Source: an uncultured cyanobacterium
GTDB taxonomy: Bacteria; Cyanobacteriota; Cyanobacteriia; Cyanobacteriales; Cyanobacteriaceae
NCBI GenBank assembly: GCA_963710605.1
Contig: CAVQBA010000001.1
Coordinates: forward strand, 96,001-160,000
Reading direction: 5' to 3'
Length of the DNA stretch: 64,000 bases
The notes under the pieces are model-generated. The model did no database searches, was not told where the DNA came from, and worked only from the letters and a program-made list of their open reading frames with translations. The position numbers and the translations under genes were made by a program. Shown here piece by piece: positions 44,901 to 54,884 of the stretch (the first letter of the stretch is position 1; every line of letters begins with the position of its first letter).

Positions 44901-45519
44901 AAAAAAGCCTTTTGAACAACTAACAATTAGTGATTTTGCCGAATATTTAGTTAAAGATTTATCAGATTTTCAAGATAGTAAAAACTATAGTTTGATCGGT
45001 TTTTGTCAAGATGGGGCATTAACGTTAGAAATTGCTCAGCAACTTCAAGCAAGAGGATATAATATTGATTTCCTCGGATTAGTAGATGTTCTTTTTTATC
45101 GAGAAAAAATCAAGCTTACCGATCGTTTAAAAATGATTAAAACATTTAAAGCTAACTATTTTAGCTCAAGATTAAAAATGTATGCGGATAATATTTTCAA
45201 AAAAGTTAATGAATTTAAACAAGTAATAAATAATCCAGTTATTGATCAAGAAATATCCGCTTTTGAGAAATTAGAATTAGATAAACAATTATACAAATTT
45301 TATCGTCAGGCGGTAGAAAGATATGAACCAACTATTTATCAGGGAAAAATCAACTCTTTTTTATCTCAAGAATTTTGTTTAGGAGATTTATCAAAACTAG
45401 AAGCGATCGCACCTAATAATTTAGAAGTATGTAAAATAGATAGTTTACATAAGACTTTCTTTCAAGAGCCTTATATTCAATTATTTTCTGATAAGCTAAT
45501 TGACTATCTGGATAATTAA
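35990..45519 (+). CDS. Three-module NRPS A-T-C-A-T-C-A-T-TE, frameshifted inside a tandem repeat in the first C domain (ORFs 35990-38356 and 38632-45519)
   Basis: Three YTSGSTGKPKG / YGPTE / YKTGD sets; carrier motifs GGHSL, GGNSL, GGHSL; two HHIISDG; C-terminal alpha/beta hydrolase. Confidence 0.93.
38088..38592 (+). repeat. Coding tandem repeat of alternating 45-bp and 48-bp units (93-bp period, about 5.5 copies)
   Basis: QGRKLP(T/A)LDKQEE(TT/AS) alternating with QGRKLLNFNQEDEDGT; one junction near 38260 lacks 34 bp. Confidence 0.92.
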
Positions 45520-45745
45520 TAATTCACAATAAAACTATTTATTAGCTAAAATATGAACAGTGAATTAGTTATTATATATATCCTTCAAGAAATCGAAAAA
45601 TATATTTAGTAAGATTGGTAAGTATAATCACTTAAGTAATTTTGAGCAAGTTTTTATGAAGCTCAGACATTGGCAAGCAACCATCAACTATTAACTATAA
45701 AATAGTAAGAATAACTTTCTTTTTCTGTACCTAGTAATAATTATC

Positions 45746-47308
45746 ATGGATTGCTCAGTCTTATTAAAAGCACAACAACAAGATTTTTACGCTCGTCTCC
45801 AGATAGGAAACTTACTTGTATGTTCAGAAAATAATCTTCATAGCGAAAGTTGTATTTTAGAAGAAGAAGCGATCGAAAAAATTAATTTAGAATCAATTAT
45901 TGAAGCTCAAAATGTAGTCGATAATTATTTACTAGAAGTTAGTCATCAAGATATTTTTAATTCATTATTTTATCGTCGTTTAACAATAGAAGCATTTTTA
46001 TTTCAATTTGGTAACTTAGTTTGGTTAGATAATATCGAACAAAAAGATTATAGTGAATTATCTTTAACTCAAAGTTTTTTTTCAATTAAAAATAATAGTA
46101 ATATTAAGATTTTAATTAAAACCTATCAAGGAGATATTAATCAAATAAAATTAGAATTGTCTTTAGAAGAAATTCAAAATAGTCAAGTTTTTGTGTTTGC
46201 TTATTTTGTCCATAATGAAGAGAATACTTCTCAATATTTTCAGCCGATATTTTTAGGATTTACAACTATTGATTTATTAAACAAAAATGAGACTAAACAG
46301 GAAATTTTAGTTAAAGATTTATTATATATCGGTGGTTTAAGTTATTATTTGAGTAACGAAGTTAATATTAACGAACCTTTACAGCTATTAGCTAAAAAAC
46401 AAATTAAACAGGGTAAATATCTCCAAGCGATCGAAACTTATAATCAAATAACTCGTTCAGGAGATACAACTGAAAAAAATATTTTTAATCGGGGAATTTG
46501 TTATTATAAATTAGACAAAAAAAAACTAGCTTTAAGAGATTTTTCACGAGTAATTCAACTCAATCATCTTCATAGTTTAGCTTATCATTGGTTAGGATAT
46601 ATCTGTTTAGAATTAGAAAAATATCCTGAAGCGCTTAATAATTATAATCAAGAAATAAAATTAGATTCGCATAACTTTTTTGCCTATTTTCAAAGAGCAT
46701 TAGTTTATCTCAAATTGAATCAACTAATAGATGCTTTAGAAGATTATTCGATCGCACTTAAAATTAATAATCAGTTTTTTCAAGGTTACTATAATCGTGC
46801 TTATCTTTATTATCAGCTAAAAGACTCTCAAAGTGCGATCGAAGACTATAAAATGGCACTTAAAATAAAACCTAATTTAGTACAAGCACATTATAATTTA
46901 GGCGTTATTTATCAAGAATTAAATGATTATCAAGAAGCAATAGAGCAATATCGATTAGCAATCAAAATCAATCCTCGGTATGTTAATGCTTACTATAATT
47001 TAGCCATTTTACAAGCAAATTTAGGTTTATTTGAAAAATCTTTAAATCATTACAAAGAAGTTATTAAAATTGCTCCTGATTTTATTCAAGGCAGTTACAA
47101 TTATAAATCTTTGAAATCTCTACTTAAAAATGAAGGAAATATTTTATTAGATTCCCTGGAATATACTTCTACCTTAGAGCAAACTCCCGGTATCGTTAGT
47201 ATTGATGATCATAATTTACTCAAAATCGAAGACGAAGCAAAATATACTACTTTAGGTGTTAATATCAATCGTGATACTCAGCCAACTCATTATCTAAACT
47301 CTGTCTAA
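45746..47308 (+). CDS. Tetratricopeptide repeat protein
   Basis: Multiple YYNRA / AHYNLG / AI.DY..AL.I.P repeats in the C-terminal half. Confidence 0.9.
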   Translation: MDCSVLLKAQQQDFYARLQIGNLLVCSENNLHSESCILEEEAIEKINLESIIEAQNVVDNYLLEVSHQDIFNSLFYRRLTIEAFLFQFGNLVWLDNIEQKDYSELSLTQSFFSIKNNSNIKILIKTYQGDINQIKLELSLEEIQNSQVFVFAYFVHNEENTSQYFQPIFLGFTTIDLLNKNETKQEILVKDLLYIGGLSYYLSNEVNINEPLQLLAKKQIKQGKYLQAIETYNQITRSGDTTEKNIFNRGICYYKLDKKKLALRDFSRVIQLNHLHSLAYHWLGYICLELEKYPEALNNYNQEIKLDSHNFFAYFQRALVYLKLNQLIDALEDYSIALKINNQFFQGYYNRAYLYYQLKDSQSAIEDYKMALKIKPNLVQAHYNLGVIYQELNDYQEAIEQYRLAIKINPRYVNAYYNLAILQANLGLFEKSLNHYKEVIKIAPDFIQGSYNYKSLKSLLKNEGNILLDSLEYTSTLEQTPGIVSIDDHNLLKIEDEAKYTTLGVNINRDTQPTHYLNSV

Positions 47309-47376
47309 AGACAAATTATCAAATTATTAGCCAAGATTAAAATGATGATGAATTGCTAATTGCTAATTATTAATTG

Positions 47377-48714
47377 TTAGTTATCGGCTACTGTTGTCAC
47401 CGTCAAAATTTGCGGTGGTGTAGCATCAGGAGGATAAAGAAAATTAACTGAGACTGATTTAGTCGTCTGAGGTGGTATCGATAAAGTAATCAAATCCTCG
47501 CCTTTTTCGCCTCTTTTCTGGACTAAATGAAGATACTTTGTTTGGCAAATATTATTTTCATCATGATACTTAACTTTGACTAAACCTCGAAAAAATACCG
47601 ATGATGGTGGAGAAGGAAAATATTTAACACCAACAGTATCTTGTTTGATAGGTGTTGAAATAGCTATAGATACTGTTTTTGTTTGTGAATCGTGATTATG
47701 TAATGGTAAATCGAGACTATACTCAACACCGTAATTACCATGAGCAGAATAAGCTGTATCAGGGTATCTAACTATCATCGGGGCGGTTTGAATTTGATTT
47801 GTACCGAAAGTACCCGCAGTTAGAGTACTTAAGCCATAAGCGATCGTTTTGCCTAATTGAGGAATAGTTAAAATATTGCTGGTGGGGGAATCAGTTATCT
47901 TACTTTGCCACAAATTACCTTGAGAAACACCTGCTACTCTACCATAAATGATGTTACCTTCAGCAGAAGGAGATGTGGGTACTTTATCACGAGGAGTCGA
48001 TAAATTAGCCTTGTTTAAAATCGTTTCCCATTCTGAGATTGAAGGAGGATTGTTTTCACTATTTTGATATTTTGCCAAACTAGCTACATTGACTAAACCA
48101 TCACTATTTAATCTCATGTAAGTCGATCGTCCGTTAAGTTTGGGTGTTAAACTTTGAACAGGAATAGGCAGATTAAGTAACATTTTACTTTCCCCTGCTT
48201 CTAGCTCTATTTGAGCGGGAAAAATAGAGTTACGTTTACCCTGTAGTATTTCTCCTGTAACTCGACTACCTGGTCCTGCATAAACATCATTTGCTTCTAC
48301 TTTAGCAGGTAATTGAATGAATGGGGCATCAGGTTGACTCAGATAACTTGCTCCTTGTAAAATATCGATCGTTACTTTTTTGTTAGTCGGATTATTAACG
48401 ATTATCCCTAAATAAAGGGTTCTATTATCATCTTCTTCTGCTTTAGCTACATGATGAGCAAAAAGATCGAATCTACCGTTAAAACCATAGCCAAGATGTG
48501 CATTTTGATATCTTTTGTCTTTTCTCTCAAAAGTAGAAAGTAAAATACCTTCACCTAAAACTAATTCAGGACTGTTACTATTAAAAACAGGTATTTGATT
48601 TAATTTTCCCGGTAATGGTTGTACAGTATAGTCTGCTGTGACAGGAGGTATCTCTTGGGTGTATAAAGCAGGTTTCTCGACAGGAAAAAGCAAAGATAAT
48701 ATCTCTAACATCAA
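47377..48714 (-). CDS. DUF3370 family protein
   Basis: PVFNSNSPE, GILLSTF, FDLFAHH, YGRVAGV, AHGNYGVEY, YPPDATPPQ. Confidence 0.85.
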   Translation of the reverse strand: MMLEILSLLFPVEKPALYTQEIPPVTADYTVQPLPGKLNQIPVFNSNSPELVLGEGILLSTFERKDKRYQNAHLGYGFNGRFDLFAHHVAKAEEDDNRTLYLGIIVNNPTNKKVTIDILQGASYLSQPDAPFIQLPAKVEANDVYAGPGSRVTGEILQGKRNSIFPAQIELEAGESKMLLNLPIPVQSLTPKLNGRSTYMRLNSDGLVNVASLAKYQNSENNPPSISEWETILNKANLSTPRDKVPTSPSAEGNIIYGRVAGVSQGNLWQSKITDSPTSNILTIPQLGKTIAYGLSTLTAGTFGTNQIQTAPMIVRYPDTAYSAHGNYGVEYSLDLPLHNHDSQTKTVSIAISTPIKQDTVGVKYFPSPPSSVFFRGLVKVKYHDENNICQTKYLHLVQKRGEKGEDLITLSIPPQTTKSVSVNFLYPPDATPPQILTVTTVADN

Positions 48715-48759
48715 ATTTTTTTCAACGTAATAATTTATTGAATAATACTAACAATTTAT

Positions 48760-48966
48760 ATGGATAGTAAAGATTTAGCTAGATATATCGAATCAACAGA
48801 TGGTATTTCCAAACCTTGGTTATTAGTCCAATTACGCCTGAAAAAATTAGAAGAAAACAAACCGTTTATCCCTAGTCATGAATATCTAAGTCAATTAGCT
48901 GATATTCATCAAGATTTAATGAAACTAGGGCAATGGTGGGTTGGCAGGGAAGACGAAGTCTTTTAG
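48760..48966 (+). CDS. Conserved small cyanobacterial hypothetical protein
   Basis: LARYIESTDGISKPWLLVQLRL...LGQWWVGREDEVF; protein-like composition with ATG start. Confidence 0.75.
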   Translation: MDSKDLARYIESTDGISKPWLLVQLRLKKLEENKPFIPSHEYLSQLADIHQDLMKLGQWWVGREDEVF

Positions 48967-49001
48967 GAGTTAAGAGTTAAGAGTTAAGAGTTAAGAGTTG
49001 C

Positions 49002-49883
49002 TCAGTGTTTACCGTGAAAGCGGATACCTAAAAATAGATCGTAAAGAAAACTCCAGAAGTTTTTTGCTTTTAATAAACCTAAAGATTGCTCACATCCTTT
49101 TTGATCTAATAAAGGTTTGGTTTTAAAGTAAGCCGACTCGTATCGATACCAAGGAATGGATGGCCAAAGATGATGAACAAGATGATAATTTTGTCCGAGA
49201 ATGAGTAAATTTAAAATTCGACTAGGATAAACTCTAGCATTTTTCCAACGATCGCGTTCAGTAAAAGGGCGATGAGGTAAATAATCAAAAAATAAACCCA
49301 AAGCAATTCCGACAACTAAAGCTGGAACGAACCAAAAATTCATGACATAACCAATAAAACCATAACGGATGGCAATAAAGACGATCGTAAATAAAAATAA
49401 ACGACTTAAAAACCACTCCAATAATTCATTTTTACGCCATAATTTGCGTTTAAAGAAAAAGATTTCGTGATAAAAAAATCGAGCGGCAATTAACCATAAC
49501 GGGCCACCCGTAGAAACATAATGATCAGGATCATTTTCGGGATCATTTACATGAGCATGATGCTGTAAATGAACACGAGTAAAAACAGGAAATGCAAAAC
49601 CTAACATTAATGCACTGCCATGACCTAAAAATGAATTTACAATACGATTGCGGTGAGCGCTATTATGAGAAGCATCATGAATGACAGTACCTGATAGGTG
49701 TAAGGCTAGGACATTTGCACAAAAGCAAATCCAGTCAGGAAAATGAAGCAAAAAATAAGCACAAGTGGAACTAATAATTAAAAGGACAGCGGTAATAAAC
49801 ATTAACACATTAGGATTCCATCCACCTTCTGCCTTAAGATATTCTTTGGGTACCGATGTCAACACAGGTAAGACCGACTGCAT
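49002..49883 (-). CDS. crtR: Beta-carotene hydroxylase
   Basis: His boxes HDASH, RVHLQHH, NYHLVHH; FFDYLPHRPF. Confidence 0.93.
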   Translation of the reverse strand: MQSVLPVLTSVPKEYLKAEGGWNPNVLMFITAVLLIISSTCAYFLLHFPDWICFCANVLALHLSGTVIHDASHNSAHRNRIVNSFLGHGSALMLGFAFPVFTRVHLQHHAHVNDPENDPDHYVSTGGPLWLIAARFFYHEIFFFKRKLWRKNELLEWFLSRLFLFTIVFIAIRYGFIGYVMNFWFVPALVVGIALGLFFDYLPHRPFTERDRWKNARVYPSRILNLLILGQNYHLVHHLWPSIPWYRYESAYFKTKPLLDQKGCEQSLGLLKAKNFWSFLYDLFLGIRFHGKH

Positions 49884-49954
49884 TGGGATTGTTTGCTCCT
49901 TAAGTTTAATCTGAACATTATTTTCTTGTTGTAGTTTATCGTATTTTGAGCCGA

Positions 49955-49972
49955 ATTGTAAACTTTTGTAAC
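49955..49972 (-). promoter_or_regulatory. HLR1 (RpaB-binding) direct repeat overlapping the predicted crtR -35 element
   Basis: Minus strand GTTACAAA-AG-TTTACAAT; TTTACA is followed 18 nt later by TAAACT. Confidence 0.7.
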
Positions 49973-50249
49973 TAAAGATATGAAATTTTTCAGAAAAATA
50001 CCCGAAATCTTAAATATTTTCTGTAGTTACTAAAACTAAATTCTTTCGACTAAAAACAGATTGCTATGAACAGTTACCAAAATAACAAATTTTAATCATA
50101 ACTAGGGAGTTAAAACCTGTCAAGATTAGGATTATTAATCAAAAAAATACTCAAAAACAGTTTAACTAATTTTTTTTCCTAACTATAATCTCTGTTTCAT
50201 TGTTTCAGATTGAGATACACTATACTAAAGAAGCTTAAAATCAGTTGTT

Positions 50250-51002
50250 TTGGGGGGAAAAAATTTGGACGGTCAAAAAGAAAAAATTTTAGTAGTAGAT
50301 GATGAAGCGAGTATCCGTCGTATATTAGAAACTCGTTTGTCAATGATCGGTTACGATGTTGTTACTGCCGCTGACGGAGAAGATGCTATCACAACTTTTT
50401 ATGATAGTCAGCCCGATTTGGTCGTACTCGATGTCATGATGCCCAAATTAGATGGTTACGGTGTCTGCCAAGAACTGAGAAAAGAATCTGATATTCCCAT
50501 TATTATGTTAACCGCTTTAGGTGATGTGGCCGATCGAATTACAGGTTTAGAATTAGGTGCAGATGATTATGTTGTCAAACCTTTCTCTCCTAAAGAGTTA
50601 GAAGCCAGAATCCGTTCTGTATTAAGAAGAGTTGATAAAACAGGTGGTGTAGGAATACCAAGCTCAGGCGTAATTAGTATAAATTCAATTAAAATTGATA
50701 CCAATAAACGTCAGGTATCTAAGGGTGATCAAAGAATCCGTTTAACAGGGATGGAATTTAGTCTGCTTGAATTGCTAGTAAGTAAATCAGGTGAGCCTTT
50801 TTCTCGTTCAGAAATTTTACAAGAAGTTTGGGGTTATACACCTGAGCGTCATGTTGATACTAGAGTGGTAGATGTTCATGTATCTCGTTTAAGAGCTAAA
50901 TTAGAAGATGATCCTAGTAATCCTGAATTAATCTTAACTGCTAGAGGTACAGGTTATTTATTTCAAAGAATACTTGAACCAGGAGAAAAAAGAACTCCGT
51001 AG
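50250..51002 (+). CDS. rpaB: OmpR-family response regulator RpaB (Ycf27)
   Basis: KEKILVVDDEASIRRILETRLSMIGY...WGYTPERHVDTRVVDVH...LILTARGTGYLFQR. Confidence 0.95.
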   Translation: MGGKNLDGQKEKILVVDDEASIRRILETRLSMIGYDVVTAADGEDAITTFYDSQPDLVVLDVMMPKLDGYGVCQELRKESDIPIIMLTALGDVADRITGLELGADDYVVKPFSPKELEARIRSVLRRVDKTGGVGIPSSGVISINSIKIDTNKRQVSKGDQRIRLTGMEFSLLELLVSKSGEPFSRSEILQEVWGYTPERHVDTRVVDVHVSRLRAKLEDDPSNPELILTARGTGYLFQRILEPGEKRTP

Positions 51003-51329
51003 TTTAACAACTATTCAGTCAATTTATCTCTAGTTAATTACGATAAAAAATAACTAAATAATCTTGAATTTATTTTTAAATAAACTATAATACTGTAATT
51101 TTAACAACCTAATTGGTAAATTATTTTCGGTATAACTTAAGATTAATTATAACTACAAATAGTTAAAAGATAAAAGAGCCAACAGTTTTGGCTTTTTCAA
51201 AAACTTCAGCTTTTCTTGATTAGAAATATATATTTTAGCTAAAAAACAAGATCAATAATTAGACTGTTACATTATTCTCATCTTTAATTTAAAGTTTAAA
51301 AAACTATTATTTGATATTAATATATTATT

Positions 51330-52007
51330 ATGGCTAAAACCGTTAATAACCAATGGATTCAAAATTTTCCTTTAATTGGTGGTATATTGGGCGGTTTTTT
51401 ATTAATGACTAATCGTTTGACAACACCGATCGTTTTAGATTCTCAAGCACGCTCAGATGCTTTAGGCGTAATTTTTTGTGCCATGTTATTACTCACTAGT
51501 ATTTTACTACGACAAATTAATCCTAATCCTCCTGAAAGTGTTACCTTAATTGGGAATCAAGGAATGGAAATGCAACCAAACCTGCCCGAAACCTTACAAA
51601 CAGAAATTGCTTGGGCAACCCATTTGATTTTAGCCAATACAGTCACTCAATCGATCGTGATTTACTATCAAGAACAAACTATATTACGTCGTGGAATTAT
51701 TGGTGGTACAAACACACAACTAACACAAGGCAGTATCGTTGAAAGAGTAATCAAGACTCAAAAACCAATTTATCTAGTTGATTTAAAACATTATCCGGGC
51801 AAAATTGAGTTTAACTATTTACCAGAAAACATACAAGGATTAATTTGTTTACCCCTCAACAATGAAGGTGTGATGATTACCGCTACTAATATTCCTCGTA
51901 GTTATAGTAAAAAAGATGAGTCATGGATTCAAGGAATTAGTGAAAAAATTGCTCTTAGTTTAGAAACTGATTTTTCTCAGGAAAAAAAATCCTCAATCTC
52001 AACTTGA
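51330..52007 (+). CDS. Cofactor assembly of complex C subunit B (CCB2/CCB4 family)
   Basis: SQARSDALG, EIAWATHLIL.NT.T, YLVDLKHYPGKIEF.YLPEN.Q. Confidence 0.8.
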   Translation: MAKTVNNQWIQNFPLIGGILGGFLLMTNRLTTPIVLDSQARSDALGVIFCAMLLLTSILLRQINPNPPESVTLIGNQGMEMQPNLPETLQTEIAWATHLILANTVTQSIVIYYQEQTILRRGIIGGTNTQLTQGSIVERVIKTQKPIYLVDLKHYPGKIEFNYLPENIQGLICLPLNNEGVMITATNIPRSYSKKDESWIQGISEKIALSLETDFSQEKKSSIST

Positions 52008-52171
52008 GAAATTAGCAAATTAAGTGAACAGATAATTATCAACTATAATAAAAATACCTGTTTAAGATATCAAAGTTAAAAGAATTAAGTTATTATCAAA
52101 AGACCAACAGTATATTTGTAAAAAAACTTAAATAAAATCAAAGTAAACTTGCTTGATATATTTCAATTATT

Positions 52172-53050
52172 ATGATAGATGTACAAAACCGTTTACGGAA
52201 TGAATTTCTTAACACACAAGTAATCACTAGAAATACAGGAAAAAGACTTGGAGTAGTCAAAGAAGTATTAGTTGATGTGGATAGGAGGGAGATTGTTGCT
52301 TTTGGCTTAAGAGATAATCGTTTTGCCATGTCAGGAATACCTAAATATATGTACCTTAGTAGTGTTTCTCAGACAGGTGATGTTATTCTCGTTGAAAGTG
52401 AAGATGTCATTGAAGACGTAGATATAGATTTATATAGCCCTCTGATTAACTCTGAAGTAGTTACCGAAACAGGCGAAACTCTAGGTAAGGTAAGAGATTT
52501 CCAATTTAATCAAATCAACGGTGAATTAAGCTCTTTGATTATTGCTACTCTTGGTTATCCACAAATTCCCGAACAAATGATTAGTACTTACGAGCTATCA
52601 ATCGAAGAAATTGTCAGCAGTGGTCCTAAAAGAGTGATTGTTTTTGAAGGAGCGCAAGAGCGTATTGTTCAAGTGACAGAAGGCGTTTTAGAAAGACTCG
52701 GTATCGGTCGTGCACCTTGGGATAAAGAAGACGAAGATATGTATTATGCACCCACAACTCCTCCTGAGAATCAATTACCAACAGGGATACCAGCACGTCC
52801 ACCAGTTGTCGCTCCACCATTACCTAGACGTGAACCTGTAATGGAAGAAAATTGGCAAGATGAACAGTGGGAAGAAGAGCAAAGACCGATCGCACCCCCT
52901 CCATTACGTCGTCAAGCCCAGCAGCCAATTCCTTACGAAGAAGAAGCCTCTTTAGAAGAAGATGTGTGGGATGACCAAAGTGATGATTATCGTCCTCAAA
53001 GAGTTAATATTCCTAAAAAACAAGCAATGCCTGAATATGAGGAATACTAA
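52172..53050 (+). CDS. PRC-barrel domain protein
   Basis: Two PRC barrels (TQVITRNTGKRLG; SEVVTETGETLGKV) and an acidic Pro-rich tail. Confidence 0.88.
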   Translation: MIDVQNRLRNEFLNTQVITRNTGKRLGVVKEVLVDVDRREIVAFGLRDNRFAMSGIPKYMYLSSVSQTGDVILVESEDVIEDVDIDLYSPLINSEVVTETGETLGKVRDFQFNQINGELSSLIIATLGYPQIPEQMISTYELSIEEIVSSGPKRVIVFEGAQERIVQVTEGVLERLGIGRAPWDKEDEDMYYAPTTPPENQLPTGIPARPPVVAPPLPRREPVMEENWQDEQWEEEQRPIAPPPLRRQAQQPIPYEEEASLEEDVWDDQSDDYRPQRVNIPKKQAMPEYEEY

Positions 53051-53102
53051 AAATAATTAATAATTAATAATTAATAATTAATAATTAATAATTAGGTAAT
53101 TT

Positions 53103-53136
53103 AAACCGCTTCTGACTTAGGTTAGAGGCGGTTTTT
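53103..53136 (+). terminator. Rho-independent terminator after the PRC-barrel gene
   Basis: AAACCGCTTCTGAC-TTAG-GTTAGAGGCGGTTTTT. Confidence 0.8.
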
Positions 53137-53204
53137 GGAGTTAAGAGTTAGAGAGGTTTGAGCCAAACGTCTGTACAAGAGTTAAAAGGCACTCATGCAA
53201 GAAG

Positions 53205-53377
53205 TATAGTTATTTCAAATAAAAATGAGACAACTTCTTGGTGCTGGTAAGTTGGAGTTTAATTTATTAAACGGACTTTGTTAGCCTTGTAATGATAATT
53301 GCTCGTCGGGTTTGCTACTCACCTAACATTTTTTACGATGATGAATACTGTCTCAATTCTTTTTTTTAACGACTATA
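53205..53377. mobile_element. MITE-like element with TATAGT...GAGACA / TGTCTC...ACTATA ends
   Basis: Imperfect 28-29-bp inverted ends with the same architecture as the 9912 and 33696 elements. Confidence 0.55.
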
Positions 53378-53437
53378 AGAGTTTAATTCTCAATTCTCGC
53401 ACTCTCTCAATTCAATTTAGATTCTAATGATTTTTAA

Positions 53438-54884
53438 CTTTTGTGGGGTCTTAGGGGAGCAGTAAGTCCCACGCTATATTTTCGACAAAAGACAAAAACA
53501 AATTAGCGCCCTTGATACACGGACTCCCCTAGTTATCTTGAAGCACTCGATGTGCGATAAAAATAACAATATAACAATCTATGATATGATTTTATCATCA
53601 ATCTAAGTACGTGATAATGCTAAAAGTCGTCAAAGTAAGATTATACCCAACACAGCAACAGATGGAAGAGTTGTCAAAAGCTTTCGGTTGTACTCGTTGG
53701 CTATGGAATAAATTCTTAGCTTTGACTAATGAGACATACAAAAACACTGGGAAAGGTTTATCTCGTTATGATTTACAAAAACAACTGCCAGAGTTGAAAA
53801 AAGAATATCAATGGTTGGGGGAAACTTACTCTCAATGTTTACAAGTAGTATGTCTAAATCTATCTCGTGCTTTCATCAACTTCTTTGAAAAACGCTCGGC
53901 TTTTCCTCGCTTTAAATCTAAGCATGGTAAGCAATCATTGTCTTATCCTCAAAATGTGAAGGTACTTGATGGTTATCTTAAGTTCCCTAAGCTAGGTGAA
54001 ATATACGCCAAGATTCATAGACCGATTGAAGGCAAGGTAAAAACGGTTACTATCAGTTTGAATAAAGCTGGTCAATACTATGCTTCAGTTTTATTCGAGG
54101 ATAGTAAAGAAAAGCCTAAGCAATCAACTGACGGAAAAGCGATTGGTCTTGATATGGGATTGACTCATTTTTGCATTACATCAGAGGGGTCTAAATATGA
54201 TAATCCTCGCTGGTTAGAAAAGCATGAGCGTAACTTGAAGCTAAAACAAAAAGCATTATCACGGACACAAAAAGGTAGCAACAATCGCACATTAGCACGG
54301 GTTAAAGTTGCCAAGGTTCATAATAAAATATCTCGTTGTCGAGAAGATTTTCAGCACAAACTATCACGCAAGGTAGTAAACGAAAACCAAGTTATTGTAG
54401 TTGAAAATCTCAATATCAAAGGTATGGTCAAAAATCATTGTTTAGCTAAATCTATCTCCCAAGTAGGTTGGGGTAGTTTTATGACAATGCTAAAATATAA
54501 AGCAGAAGATGAAGGTAAAGTATATCTAGAAATAGATCGCTTTTTCCCTAGTTCTAAAACCTGCTCTAACTGCTTGAATATAGTTGACAGTTTACCCCTT
54601 GATATTCGTCACTGGAGCTGTAAAAGTTGTGGTACTAAACACGATCGAGACATAAACGCCTCCATCAATATTCGAGATGAAGGTATGCGAATTATTTCCT
54701 CTGGAACGGGGGATAAAGCGAGCCAGTGTGGTCTTGGTGGTTTCCCCAATGAACAACTGGCTCAAGAAGCCTATTGCCCAGATGTAAGACGTAGTAGAGG
54801 TGGACGCAAGAAAGCCACTACGCGCGCTATCTGTTGGATAGGAAGCCCACACTATAATCTTGGATTTAGTGTGTGGTAGTTCAC
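53438..54884 (+). mobile_element. Non-autonomous IS200/IS605 (IS1341-like, tnpB only) element; target motif TTTAA at 53433-53437, right end TCAC
   Basis: AAGT-CCCACGCTA near the left end; GAAG-CCCACACTA hairpin before TCAC; removal restores an in-frame end (LKIIRI*) of the flanking gene. Confidence 0.78.
53617..54879 (+). CDS. tnpB: RNA-guided endonuclease TnpB
   Basis: HTH KVRLYPT...FGCTRWLWN, RuvC GLDMG / VVENL / HDRDINA, zinc finger SSKTCSNC...CKSC. Confidence 0.95.
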   Translation: MLKVVKVRLYPTQQQMEELSKAFGCTRWLWNKFLALTNETYKNTGKGLSRYDLQKQLPELKKEYQWLGETYSQCLQVVCLNLSRAFINFFEKRSAFPRFKSKHGKQSLSYPQNVKVLDGYLKFPKLGEIYAKIHRPIEGKVKTVTISLNKAGQYYASVLFEDSKEKPKQSTDGKAIGLDMGLTHFCITSEGSKYDNPRWLEKHERNLKLKQKALSRTQKGSNNRTLARVKVAKVHNKISRCREDFQHKLSRKVVNENQVIVVENLNIKGMVKNHCLAKSISQVGWGSFMTMLKYKAEDEGKVYLEIDRFFPSSKTCSNCLNIVDSLPLDIRHWSCKSCGTKHDRDINASINIRDEGMRIISSGTGDKASQCGLGGFPNEQLAQEAYCPDVRRSRGGRKKATTRAICWIGSPHYNLGFSVW

